Below are positions 10,776-20,407 of a DNA stretch of 32,000 nucleotides, in pieces. Position 1 is the stretch's first letter. Each line of letters starts with the position of its first letter. Location: contig NC_002677.1 of the NCBI RefSeq assembly GCF_000195855.1, forward strand, positions 270,001-302,000, in the 5' to 3' direction. This stretch comes from Mycobacterium leprae TN (GTDB lineage Bacteria > Actinomycetota > Actinomycetes > Mycobacteriales > Mycobacteriaceae). The position numbers and the translations under genes are program-made. The notes beneath the pieces are model-generated. The model did not search any database, was not told the DNA's origin, and saw only the letters and a program-made list of their open reading frames with translations.

Positions 10776-11542
10776 CTTAGGCCTCAATCACCCCAACAAT
10801 GCCCCGTCCGATGCTGACTCGCACAAAGACCGACAGCACAATAAGCTGTCGCGCTCCTTGTTTGCCCGCGCATAGGCGTTTTGTCGTTACTCGCGTGCTG
10901 CCGCATCGAACCTGCAACGAGTGCAGCAGGTTTTGGGCGCTCGCTAGCTGTTGCTGTTCGTTGGCTGAGAAGGTCACTGCGGCGTCGGCGAATCGCCTCA
11001 GCCTCGGCGATCTTCAGCGGACTGATGTACTCGTGGACGGCATCGCGGTATTCGAGTTGCGCTGCTCGATCGCTGGCGATGTCGTTGGGTCATTCCGGCC
11101 GCAGCCGGTCCGGGCGACGTTTCGCCTTGTGGGAAGGCGATGGTCAGTGGATTGCGCATGCCGGTCATCAACGGGAAGTGCAGAAGTCTAGCGATATCGA
11201 GTTCGTAGTCCAACCACCGGGCGCCAATCCGCTCGTGAGCTTAGATGAGTTTGGTCAGCTCCCGGCGGGAGCTTTCCTCGTTGGTTCGCAGTCGGCCGGA
11301 TGCCTCGGTCAGGGTGATCTTGGTTTGCTGCTTCAGGTGTTAGCGCTCTAGCCGTCGCTTAGCACGCCGCTCGTTCGCGGCGGCAATAGGCCCTCAAGCC
11401 ACCGCCGAACGCGCCGCTCAGTGGGAACGATCAGCCACTAGAAAGTCGCAGCGAAATGCAACATTGGGGTCACGTGGCTAGGATGCCACCGGGCATCGGC
11501 GAGCACTCCAGCAACGATCTTCAGCTCGTCGCGAAATCCGTG

Positions 11543-12031
11543 TCAGTGCCCGCCAGCCTTGAACCGTTCCACTGAACGCTGCACTTCTGCTTCAGCTTCG
11601 TCTCGGCCTACCCAGTCTGCGGCTTTCACGAACTTGCCTGGCTCTAGATCCTTGTAGTGTACGAAGAAATGCTTGATCGCGTCCAGCTCGAAGGTCGGAA
11701 CATCGATGATGCCGTGGATGTGATCCCATCGGTGGTCGTTGACTGGAACGCACAACACCTTGTCGTCGCCGCCGTGCTCGTCGACCATCCGGAACATACC
11801 TACTGGACGTGCCTCCACTAGTACGCCAGGGAACAGCGGCTCCGGTAGCAGCACCAGTGCATCCAGCGGGTCGCCGTCTTCGCCGAGGGTGTCTTCAATG
11901 AAGCCGTAGTCTGTCGGATAGGCCATCGGGGTGTAAAGGTAGCGGTCTAGACGCACCCGCCCCGTTTTGTGGTCGACCTCGTACTTGTTCCGCTGGCCTT
12001 TCGGAATTTCGATGGTCACGTCGAATTGCAC
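11543..12031 (-). CDS. ppa: Inorganic pyrophosphatase
   Basis: 162 aa. Family I PPase motifs [31 protein letters not shown] and DDKVL. Confidence 0.95.
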   Translation of the reverse strand: MQFDVTIEIPKGQRNKYEVDHKTGRVRLDRYLYTPMAYPTDYGFIEDTLGEDGDPLDALVLLPEPLFPGVLVEARPVGMFRMVDEHGGDDKVLCVPVNDHRWDHIHGIIDVPTFELDAIKHFFVHYKDLEPGKFVKAADWVGRDEAEAEVQRSVERFKAGGH

Positions 12032-12156
12032 CGTGTCGGCTCCTTAAATCTTAGCTAGGCCCGGGTAGATCGGTTACGTTGCGGAGTTCACCCTAGCCGA
12101 CGACGTTGGTCTGAAGGCTGGCTCGGCACAATGGAGCTAGACAGTCAGGAGGGCTA

Positions 12157-13542
12157 TTGAATCCTATTCGCTGGCAGAAATCTTACGTAGTTGTCGGATT
12201 GGCCATGCTGGCGTTCATCATCGCCGCGGTGAAGGCGGCAACCGTCTTCACCACGGGCGGCCACAGCACGAATGGAGCACGGTCCGCGGTACCGCCTCCG
12301 CGGGCGTCTACGGTCAAGCCGGCATTGGTTCCGGTAACCGAAACCGCCGTGGTACCCAGCGTTGGCGGACTGGCTGCCGCGCTGGCGTCGGCTTTGGCAG
12401 ATCCCAGTTTGGGTAGTTTTGGGGGACGGATCACCGATGCGATGACTGCCAAGGAACTCTGGCAGCAACAAGATGACATGCCGTTGGTGCCAGCGTCGGC
12501 CAATAAGCTCTTGACCGCAGCTGCGGCGCTGTTGACACTGGACCGCCAGACTCGGATCAGCACCCGGGTGGTGGCTGCAGGCCCGAATGCCCAAGGGCCT
12601 GTCGTTCTGGTGGGTGCTGGGGATCCGACCCTGTCGGCCGCATCGCCCGACCAGAGCACCTGGTATAGGGGTGCGCCGCGGATCAGTGACCTTGTCGAAC
12701 AGGTTCGTCGCAGCGGCGTGACGCCTACGGCTGTTCAGGTGGATACCTCGCTGTTCACCGGTCCGACGATGGCGCAGGGCTGGGATCCTGCCGATGTGGA
12801 CAACGGCTACACTGCCCCGATCGAGTCGGCGATGATCGACGCTGGGCGTATCCAGCCGACAACCGTCAAATCACGACGGTCACGTACCCCAGCTCTGGAC
12901 GCCGGGCGGGAATTGGCCAAGGCCCTGGGGGTCGCTCCCGATGCGGTTACAATCGTCAAGGCATCGTCTGGGGCGCGGCAGCTGGCTGTGGTGCAGTCAG
13001 CGCCGCTGGTCCAGCGGTTATCCGAGATGATGGACAACTCCGACAACGTGCTGGCCGAATGCATCGGCCGCGAGGTAGCGGCCGCCATAAACCGGCCTTT
13101 GAGCTTTGCCGGCGCGGTCGACGCGGTGACCAACCGGTTAGGTACAGCGCATATCGACACCACCGGCGCTGCTCTGGTGGATTCTAGCGGGTTGTCGGTC
13201 AACAACCGCTTGACCGCCAAGACACTCGGCGGTGCGGTGCAGGCGGCGGCGGGGCCGGATCAACCGGTGTTGCGTGCGCTGCTGGATCTGCTCCCGATCG
13301 CCGGCGGCAGCGGCACGTTATCGGACCGCTTTCTCAGTTCGGCGACCCACCAGGGTCCGGCCGGCTGGTTACGTGCCAAGACCGGCTCGTTGACCGCTAT
13401 TAATTCTTTGGTCGGGGTCGTCACTGACCGCAGCGGTCGGGTGTTGACATTCGCGTTCATCTCCAACGACGCTGGCCCGACCGGTCGTGCCGCGATGGAC
13501 GAGCTTGCTACTAGGCTGTGGATGTGCGGGTGCGCTACGTGA
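12157..13542 (+). CDS. dacB: D-alanyl-D-alanine carboxypeptidase/endopeptidase, PBP4 (S13) family (Rv3627c-like)
   Basis: 461 aa. N-terminal TM/signal segment, SxxK as PASANK, SxN as NSDNV, KTG as AKTGSL. TTG 12157 is preceded by aggaggg. Confidence 0.9.
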   Translation: MNPIRWQKSYVVVGLAMLAFIIAAVKAATVFTTGGHSTNGARSAVPPPRASTVKPALVPVTETAVVPSVGGLAAALASALADPSLGSFGGRITDAMTAKELWQQQDDMPLVPASANKLLTAAAALLTLDRQTRISTRVVAAGPNAQGPVVLVGAGDPTLSAASPDQSTWYRGAPRISDLVEQVRRSGVTPTAVQVDTSLFTGPTMAQGWDPADVDNGYTAPIESAMIDAGRIQPTTVKSRRSRTPALDAGRELAKALGVAPDAVTIVKASSGARQLAVVQSAPLVQRLSEMMDNSDNVLAECIGREVAAAINRPLSFAGAVDAVTNRLGTAHIDTTGAALVDSSGLSVNNRLTAKTLGGAVQAAAGPDQPVLRALLDLLPIAGGSGTLSDRFLSSATHQGPAGWLRAKTGSLTAINSLVGVVTDRSGRVLTFAFISNDAGPTGRAAMDELATRLWMCGCAT

Positions 13543-14601
13543 CCTCATCGTCGGAGTTCACGCTCGATACCGCGGTGGACTAGGGATTCGCGGCCAGCGT
13601 AGGAGAGCGGCTGGCACGTCCTGGTCCGCCGGCTTCCGAATACACGCGCCGCCAGGTGATTGATGAGTTGACCTGTGCGGCGGCGAAAGCCGAACCACTG
13701 GTGAGCGATGTCACCGGCCTGGTGACCGAACGTGTGGTACTGCTGGCGTGCATCGTCGATCGACCGGAATGGGTTCGGTTGGCGACCGAGTCCATGAGGG
13801 TTATGACGAACGGAACCGACAAGTCACGGGGTCAGTTCAACGGACGGATCACTGGTGCTCAGACAGGTGCGATCCTGGCGTGTGTGGCGTCCAGGATCCT
13901 CGGCCAGTACGATCCGTTCGCTGCTTCCAAGTCAAGTAGGGTTGTCTGCTGTTGGTGTATCCAACATGTCATCGCCGTCGAGCGTCAGCTGCGAGTTGAG
14001 CCCTCCGATTTTCGGTTGTGGATGTGCTTGCACGAGGTGACCCACTGGATCCAATTCACTGCCAACCGGTGGTTGTTCGACTACATGTCGAAAGCGCTGG
14101 ACTTGTTGACTCAAAAAACCAGTGAAGACATCAGACTGGTGGTGGGTCGGCTCGTTGACTTTGTCCGCAGTCGGTGCCATGGGTCGTCTGCAGCAGAGAA
14201 TTCCACTGCTCACGCATCGGGAATTCCCGGCTTGGTGCGCGCTGTGCAATCTGAGTCGCAGCTCGTAGCTCTAGATCAGCTTCTGGTGCTTGGCACACTG
14301 CTGGAGAGGCACGTCGACCACGTCATGGATGCGGTTGGCCCGATGGCGGTGCCATCGGTGACTATGATAAGCTTTAAGTTTGATAAGCGTCGCTATAGCA
14401 AGTAACCACCATTGCAGAGGTTGCTGCTTGTATTGCTAGGTGGCGATGCTAAGTTCAAGCAATATGACGAGGGTAAGGCGTTTGTCGATCACGTGGTGGG
14501 TCGGAATGGTACGGTTCAACACGATTTGTTCAGGTCTCGAAACGCTGCTGTTGTCTGCCGAAATCGAAGACCCGCAGAGATGGATCGACAGGGTGCTGTA
14601 G
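13539..14601 (+). pseudogene. Zinc metalloprotease-like protein (DUF2342, Rv3626c-like) inactivated by two in-frame stops and one frameshift
   Basis: GTG 13539 overlaps the dacB stop (GTGA). In-frame TAG at 13581-13583 and in-frame TAA at 14403-14405. A +1 frameshift near 14500-14535 is needed to reach the conserved C-terminus ..LETLLLSAEIEDPQRWIDRVL and TAG 14599-14601. The HExxH motif (HEVTH, 14031-14045) is still intact. Confidence 0.75.
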
Positions 14602-15551
14602 GGCAGCTGCGCAGGACAGTCGAAGAGTTTGCTGGTACCTATTGTGATATCGACGATCAATGGTGCGTAGCGCTCTCCGGCGGCTCGGACTCGTTGGCGC
14701 TCACTGCGGTTGCGGCCCAACTACGCTCTACGACCGCATTTATCGTGGATCACGGTTTGCAGTCTGACTCGGCCGCTGTCGCAGAAACCGCTCGAAAGCA
14801 AGCTATCTCATTGGGATGTGTTGACGCACAAGTGCTTTGTGTGCAGATAGATCCACCGTTTGGTCCCAAAGGCGGGCTCGAGGCAGCGGCCCGTGCTGCC
14901 CGATACGCTGTGTTGGGCGCCAATCGTAATGGCCCGGTGTTGTTAGCCCACACTCTCGACGATCAAGCTGAGACGGTGCTGCTTGGCTTGGGCCGCGGTT
15001 CTGGGGCGCGCTCAATCGCTGGAATGCGGCCGCACGATCCGCCGTGGTGCCGGCCGTTACTGGGTGTGCGGCGCAGCGTGCCGCGTGCCGCGTGCCACGA
15101 GCTGGGCCTAAACGCTTGGCAGGATCCGCACAACACAGACTGTCGTTACACCCGAACCCGGCTGCGCCTCGAGGTGCTGCCGCTATTGGAGGACGTGCTA
15201 GGTGGTGGGGTCGTCGAGGCGTTGGCCCGCACTGCGACGGCGTTGCGCGAGGACACTGAACTGATCGACACGTTCGCCGCACAGGCGCTGCCCAACATCT
15301 GTGCCGGGTCGGGGCTACATGCGCGGGCTCTGGCCGCACTTCCCGACGCGGTTCGACGCCGGGTTATCCGTGGCTGGCTGTTGAATGGAGGCGCGACCGG
15401 GCTGACCGACAAGCAGATCCGTGGAGTGGACACACTGGTTACCGCGTGGCGCGGGCAAGGCGGGGTGGCGGTGGGATCCACCTTGCGCGGACAGCGTTTG
15501 ATCGCCAGCCGGTACGACGGCGTACTGACCTTGCACTGCGCGCCCGTTTAG
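14580..15551 (+). CDS. tilS: tRNA(Ile)-lysidine synthase
   Basis: PP-loop SGGSDSLAL lies about 30 aa after ATG 14580. 323 aa. The track start at 14412 reads through the upstream pseudogene tail and was rejected. Confidence 0.85.
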   Translation: MDRQGAVGQLRRTVEEFAGTYCDIDDQWCVALSGGSDSLALTAVAAQLRSTTAFIVDHGLQSDSAAVAETARKQAISLGCVDAQVLCVQIDPPFGPKGGLEAAARAARYAVLGANRNGPVLLAHTLDDQAETVLLGLGRGSGARSIAGMRPHDPPWCRPLLGVRRSVPRAACHELGLNAWQDPHNTDCRYTRTRLRLEVLPLLEDVLGGGVVEALARTATALREDTELIDTFAAQALPNICAGSGLHARALAALPDAVRRRVIRGWLLNGGATGLTDKQIRGVDTLVTAWRGQGGVAVGSTLRGQRLIASRYDGVLTLHCAPV

Positions 15552-15583
15552 CGGCCCTTAGCGGGTCCTGATGCCGGGTCGCC

Positions 15584-16225
15584 GTGGTTTTTCGCAGGGC
15601 AGCATGGCACGCTTTGCTCGTGGCCCAGAGCTTCTCGGCGATTAACCCCGGACCGACGGCAGAGTTGTACCTGGGTGATATCAAGTCGGTCATGCTCACC
15701 CAGGAGCAGATTCAGGCTAGGATTGCCGAGCTCGGCGCCCAAATCGGCCACGACTATCGTGACCGTTCGCCTGCTAGTGACCAGGATCTGCTGTTGGTCA
15801 CCGTGCTTAAGGGAGCGGTGATCTTCGTCACTGACCTGGCGCGTGCGATTCCACTGCCAACTCAGTTCGAATTCATGGCCGTTAGTTCGTATGGATCCTC
15901 GATGTCCTCGTCGGGTGTGGTGCGGATTCTCAAGGATCTTGATCGCGATATCCACGATCGCAACGTGTTGATAGTCGAGGACGTCGTGGATTCAGGTCTG
16001 ACCTTGTCTTGGTTGCTGCGGAACTTGGCAACCCGTCGTCCGCAGTCGTTGCAGGTGTGCACGCTGCTGCGCAAGCCCGATGCGCTACGTGCCAATGTCG
16101 ATATCACTTATGTGGGTTTCGACATTCCCAACGACTTCGTCGTGGGCTATGGACTGGATTACGACGAGCGTTACCGTGACCTGCCCTATATCGGTATGCT
16201 GGATCCCCGTGTCTACCAGCAATAG
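15584..16225 (+). CDS. hpt: Hypoxanthine-guanine phosphoribosyltransferase
   Basis: PRPP-binding motif [13 protein letters not shown], plus [10 protein letters not shown] and [18 protein letters not shown]. Start is GTG 15584 or GTG 15620. Confidence 0.9.
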
Positions 16226-16263
16226 CCGCTAGTCCATCTCCCACACCGCGGTCATCGAGGAGC

Positions 16264-16700
16264 TCACTGTCTGCTGGCCAGCGTCCTTGATGTGTTGTCC
16301 GGGGCGTGGATATTGCCCTCGAGCGTCTTGCTGGCACGGTAGCCGGCTATGGTGGCGGCAAGCTCGGATTTGCTGCCCTCGGGCTGCAGAATCACGTTGG
16401 TGGTGCTGGTGTTTTGTAGTCCATCCTGATATTGATGACCGCTTGCTGGCCGGTCATTGGTCTGGTTGATCGCGGTGGTGACGTTGGACTCGGTGAATTC
16501 GATAGCGACTTCGGCGGTCAAAGTGTTCGGGACGCCTTGGACTTGCCTTGCCCTAACGACGGTCACTTGACGCGGATTCGTCCCAGTTGGCGTGAAATTA
16601 TACTCATCGTACGTTTACAGCGTGATGATGGCCAAGTCGGCAGCGGTCACAGCAATCGATTTATGGGCAAACCTCGGAGTGCTCGCTGCACGCGGCCTGC
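16264..16700 (-). pseudogene. lpqG: Truncated lipoprotein LpqG-like (SIMPL/DUF541) remnant
   Basis: The - strand reads ..SIAVTAADLAIITL*TYDEYNFTPTGTNPRQVTVVRARQVQGVPNTLTAEVAIEF..ATIAGYRA... This is a signal peptide ending in a stop where the lipobox Cys is expected, followed by the N-terminal half of a SIMPL domain. The ORF ends 38 nt from hpt, so the C-terminal half is missing. It sits where Rv3623 lies beside hpt. Confidence 0.5.
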
Positions 16701-17128
16701 CTGGCATCCTAGCGGTTTGGAGGTATTTGAATCAGTGAGGCTGTATGTCGGACAAGGAGTTCGGTTAGTTGGGTTCCCAGTTCGGAGGCAACCTTTTCGG
16801 CTCTCGGGTTCGCTCATCCAGTTACAATAGGGGCTGGTATTGGGTGTGTTTTTGAAGAGAAACAGCATGTCGCGCATGTATTTTGGAATTTTCTGGGGTT
16901 ATTTTCTGTTTTTTCGAGCATGTTCTAGGTGTTGTTGGTCTGTTGTTGACAGGTCTTTGCGCTCGGTTGTGCTTGCTTACCTATGCAATTCGTGCGCTGC
17001 GTAGTTGCTACCTGTTTTGTCTGTTGGGGGACGGTACGGAGCATGCTGGGCCGTGCGGTTGGGGGAAGAGGTCAGAGCCAGCCGGAGCCAGCCGGGGAGG
17101 TCCGGTAGGTCGGCTCGGTGGGTGAAGT

Positions 17129-17600
17129 TCAGACTACGGTGCCGTAAGCTAATTCTGTGTAGTGTAATCCACCATGGTATGTTTTGAGTTGGTGGTGTTG
17201 GCGGCAAAGGCAATTGAGGTTTTCCAGCATCGTCAATCCTCCTGTTTCGGTATTCTGATGGTTTAATGCGATGGTGCGGTAGATGTCCCAGGTGATGGAC
17301 GGGAGACACATTCGAGCACTGCCGACGGTTGGTAACGTAGTAATTCGGCTGGATTGGTTAGCGGATCGGCAAAACGTAGGGATACAGCGGCGGCAGTCAA
17401 CTGGCGAACCTGCCCGGCGTCGATGATTCCAGGTGGCCTGGCGCAGCGCTGTCACAATAGGAGGTCTGGTAACGGGCAACTGCAGTGATCACCATTTGTG
17501 CCCCACCTGTATCGTGCTCAGTATCACCATCGCTAGATTGAGGGGGTAAACAGCTACAAGCCCGGCTGCGGCCTTGGGTCAATGCGTCGGTGCTGTGCTG
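17129..17600 (-). pseudogene. HNH endonuclease (DUF222/REP13E12-like) C-terminal remnant
   Basis: ORF 17129..17479 ends ..TETGGLTMLENLNCLCRQHHQLKTYHGGLHYTELAYGTVV. This matches the HNH signature NLxxLCRxHHxLKT..GW...LxDGT. Upstream frames are broken. Confidence 0.5.
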
Positions 17601-17702
17601 ATCCGGTGTTCCCGGGTCGGCTCAGACACACCTGTGTAGCTAGCTGCGAGAATCGGCGGTCAAAAGCCGTCGCGGCCGCCGCACCGTAAACCTCGGCCCT
17701 CC

Positions 17703-17744
17703 TGTTGTCTTAGAGCATTGATTTGTTGTCTTAGAGCATTGATT
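17703..17744. repeat. Perfect tandem duplication, 2 x 21 bp (tgttgtcttagagcattgatt)
   Basis: Units at 17703-17723 and 17724-17744 are identical. They lie in non-coding or decayed sequence. Confidence 0.9.
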
Positions 17745-18039
17745 CCAATGAGACGGTAGTCAGTCCTTTGGACGAAAAAACGGCGTCGCCGGACGGTGTC
17801 CGAGTCTACCGCGCTTACTGCAGCGTCAACGGCGTTCGATGATGCGCTGTCGCAACCAGCCCATGCCGGTTGCCGATGCGCACAGCAGGCTACATGTCAA
17901 CTTTAGTGATCAACTCATTGTCAGTGAGCAAATCGATGCGGATAGTTATCAACTACATTGTTCCCCAATCGATTCTTTCTTCTGTCAGTTCATTAAGGTT
18001 CCAACCTGGGGAACTCTCTGGCCAAGTGCCTCAGAATCC

Positions 18040-19372
18040 GCTACCATTGTAGCTGGCCTCCACCTCCATGGGGATAGTTCTATTGCGGAGGCTGCATCGG
18101 CAGTAGTCTGCTTGAATCCGTCGACAACCGTGTACCTGTGCTGGTGCTTGGCTTGCCCAGGTTCGAGGACGTTCGATGCCATAGCAATGCCGTCACGGCG
18201 GCCATCCGCCGGGCCATAGGGCCGACTTGAGGTTGTTCGTGGCAACCAACGCGGTTGGAGCCAGGTTACGAACCGTGACCGAATCAGGCACTTCAATCTT
18301 CTATAGTGTCGATAATAGCTGTGGTGTCTGACAAACCTGTCGCTTAGTGGGGCTGGTACTATTGTTTGCTGGTCTGAGCACTCTACGGTCGGATTTTGCA
18401 GCGCTCGTTGTTGGGTGGTGACCATGGAATGGGTCAAGGGATTGGGACGCGGCGCTGAGTCCTAAATATCCGCTGAGCGGCACAGTGCGCTTCCTTGACA
18501 TTGGTTTGGCCGGCGTCTCTGTACCAGCGTCCTTTGGTCACACCGCAGGCGTTGTGCAGTTGTTCGACGGTGAGGTTGCGCTGTGTTGTGGCTTCTTAAG
18601 AAGCGCGCCAGTAATGGCAGCATCGATACCCATCTGCTGCGCATTATAGTTATTGCAGGGCCCGGTATCCGGAGTCGTTGGGTGTCGGTCGCCCATGTGC
18701 TGAAGAACCGCAAACTGGGTTTGTTGTACTGCACGCTGATGGATTGAGCGGCGGTGCTGGCAGCAGTGCCATCCACGCACAGTTTTTCCAACTGGGTTTC
18801 CGGCCGATCAAGGCACTGCTGTCGGCGGCGGGTGGCGAGGCGTTGGCTTACGCTGAACTATCACCGGTTGGGTGGCAGTATATCAATACAGCACTACGGC
18901 GCATTGATGAGCTAAGTGCTTAGATCAAGCCACTGAGAATCCAATTGGTGAATTTAACTCGACACCGGCAGGGGCTGCTAGGTGCTGCAGGCCCAGTACG
19001 GCATCGGCTGGCTGTGTACGGCGATAATGTGGGCATAGATTTGGTGATGCATGCTTGTTCTCACGCTCCGATCAATTGCTTCGTTTCGCTGGGCTGGATG
19101 TCACCGTCTACTCGTCTGACGGCAAGTGCATACCGAGATTATCTGTTGTTTCAGGGCTCACCGGAGCTGTGTTGGGTGGCGTTTCAGAACGTCAATGCGT
19201 CGCTCGATGCGGTTCCCCGGGGCTACTTAACCAAAAGCGAGCGACCAAGTGTGATGGCTACAACGGCAAGAATCCCATCCTGGCGGTGAAGCAGAAAATT
19301 CTGCGCTGTTGCTGTCACATGCTGCACAAGCTAACCGATGCCGCCCTGGCGTTGTCCGACAACCGACCTTAG
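18040..19372 (+). pseudogene. IS110-family transposase remnant (multiple frameshifts)
   Basis: Stitching + strand frames gives ..TIVAGLHLHGDS.. (like vGLDvHkds), ..VTNRDRIRHFNL.. (like vKTDrRDA), ..LAVYGDNVGIDLV.., ..RSDQLLRFAGLDVTVYSSDGKCIPRLS.., ..GSPELCWVAFQNV.. and ..ILAVKQKILRCCCHMLHKL... These follow the order of the DEDD_Tnp_IS110 and Transposase_20 domains. No terminal repeats were identified. Confidence 0.55.
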
Positions 19373-20407
19373 GAGGAGGGTTCCGGAGATGCGTTGCGTG
19401 CGTGCCCTGCTCATAGGTCAGCTGATGACTGAGGCCAGCTTCCTGGATTCTCCTGTAGGCGCATCGCTGTTGGGCGGACCTCCCGAAAAGATTGAGCAGA
19501 AGCATTTCTTCGGTGTCCCGCACGTCGGGCCCCTATCAGTCGCCGATCCGCCGGACTTTGTCCGTGTACCCAGGCAAGGCTGAGCATCGGAACACGCACC
19601 GAGCGCAGCTGCCACACGTACGTTAATGGTAAGCAGTAGATAATTTGGACCACAACGTTTTTCGTTTCTGGTTGGTTACAGTATATAACCTATCATATCA
19701 TCATCGATTTCAAGCTAATTTGTCCTTGCTGCACTGTTAGGCGCTTCACCTTGACTCCGATCGTGACCCAACGCCCATGAAGACAGTGAGAACAAGGTAA
19801 AGTAATATAAAACGACCAAGTATCCATTTTAATATCTGGGGTACCCAACACAGACAAGGAGAAACCACATGTGGTTTTTGATGGTTTTGTCGGAGTTGCT
19901 GGCGGTGCCGACTGCGTAGCTGGAGGCGATTGGCTTCGTGGTGAGTGCAGCTAATGGGATCGTGACTGCCCCGATCAGCGAGGTGCGCCCAGCGGGAGCC
20001 GACCAGGGTCGGTAGTAGCAGCGGCGGCCGCTTTTGCCAATCGTGTCCAGGAATATCAGGCAATCAGTGCTGAATCCAGCCCCAAAAACGTGGTCACCGT
20101 TAGCAGCGACCTCGCTGCTAACGGTGACCGGCCAGTTGCCCTGGCGGGGGTCCTTACTGCGGAGCGTAGTCAGGCCGGTGGGGCGGCACATTGAAGGCCG
20201 TACTAAAGGTTCCACTGGAAGCGGAACTGCAACCTGCAGCGAAATCAGCAGAGGCTATCCCGGCGGCCTTATCATAGGTGCCGATTCCGGCAACTTCAGT
20301 GCCAGCAGTGCAAGCGGGAGTTCGGTAAATGTGAGTTGCTGCTCTGCTGGGCGTAACCATCTACGGACTAACCAGCATTTTGCAGTGCCGTTTGGGTTCG
20401 GGAAGGT

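Noticed and set aside
14412-14579. 56-codon N-terminal extension of tilS in the ORF track.
   Set aside because: These codons are the tail of the upstream Rv3626c-like pseudogene (..LLGGDAKFKQYDEGKAFVDHVV..) read through after its in-frame stop. The PP-loop spacing fits ATG 14580.
17076-17095. 10 bp tandem duplication agccagccgg x2, and the G/T-rich tract at 16830-17130 that superficially resembles RLEP ends.
   Set aside because: The duplication is too short to distinguish from chance in GC-rich sequence. There is no second copy of the tract in the window to support a repeat family.
17985-18437. 150 aa - strand ORF, the longest ORF in the desert. I also saw a possible XRE-like HTH reading (..NLTVEQLHNACGVTKGRWY..) on the - strand at about 18450-18560.
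   Set aside because: The region is better explained as the opposite strand of the IS110-family remnant, whose motifs appear in the correct order on the + strand. The HTH resemblance is short and unsupported.
19746-20360. - strand fragments (..AAGCSSASSGTFSTAFNV.., ..GNWPVTVSSEVAANGDHVFGAGFSTDC..) that vaguely resemble a streptogrisin-like S1 serine protease.
   Set aside because: No clean catalytic motifs (TAGHC, GDSGG) can be read. The resemblance is too weak to call without a database search, so I left it unassigned.
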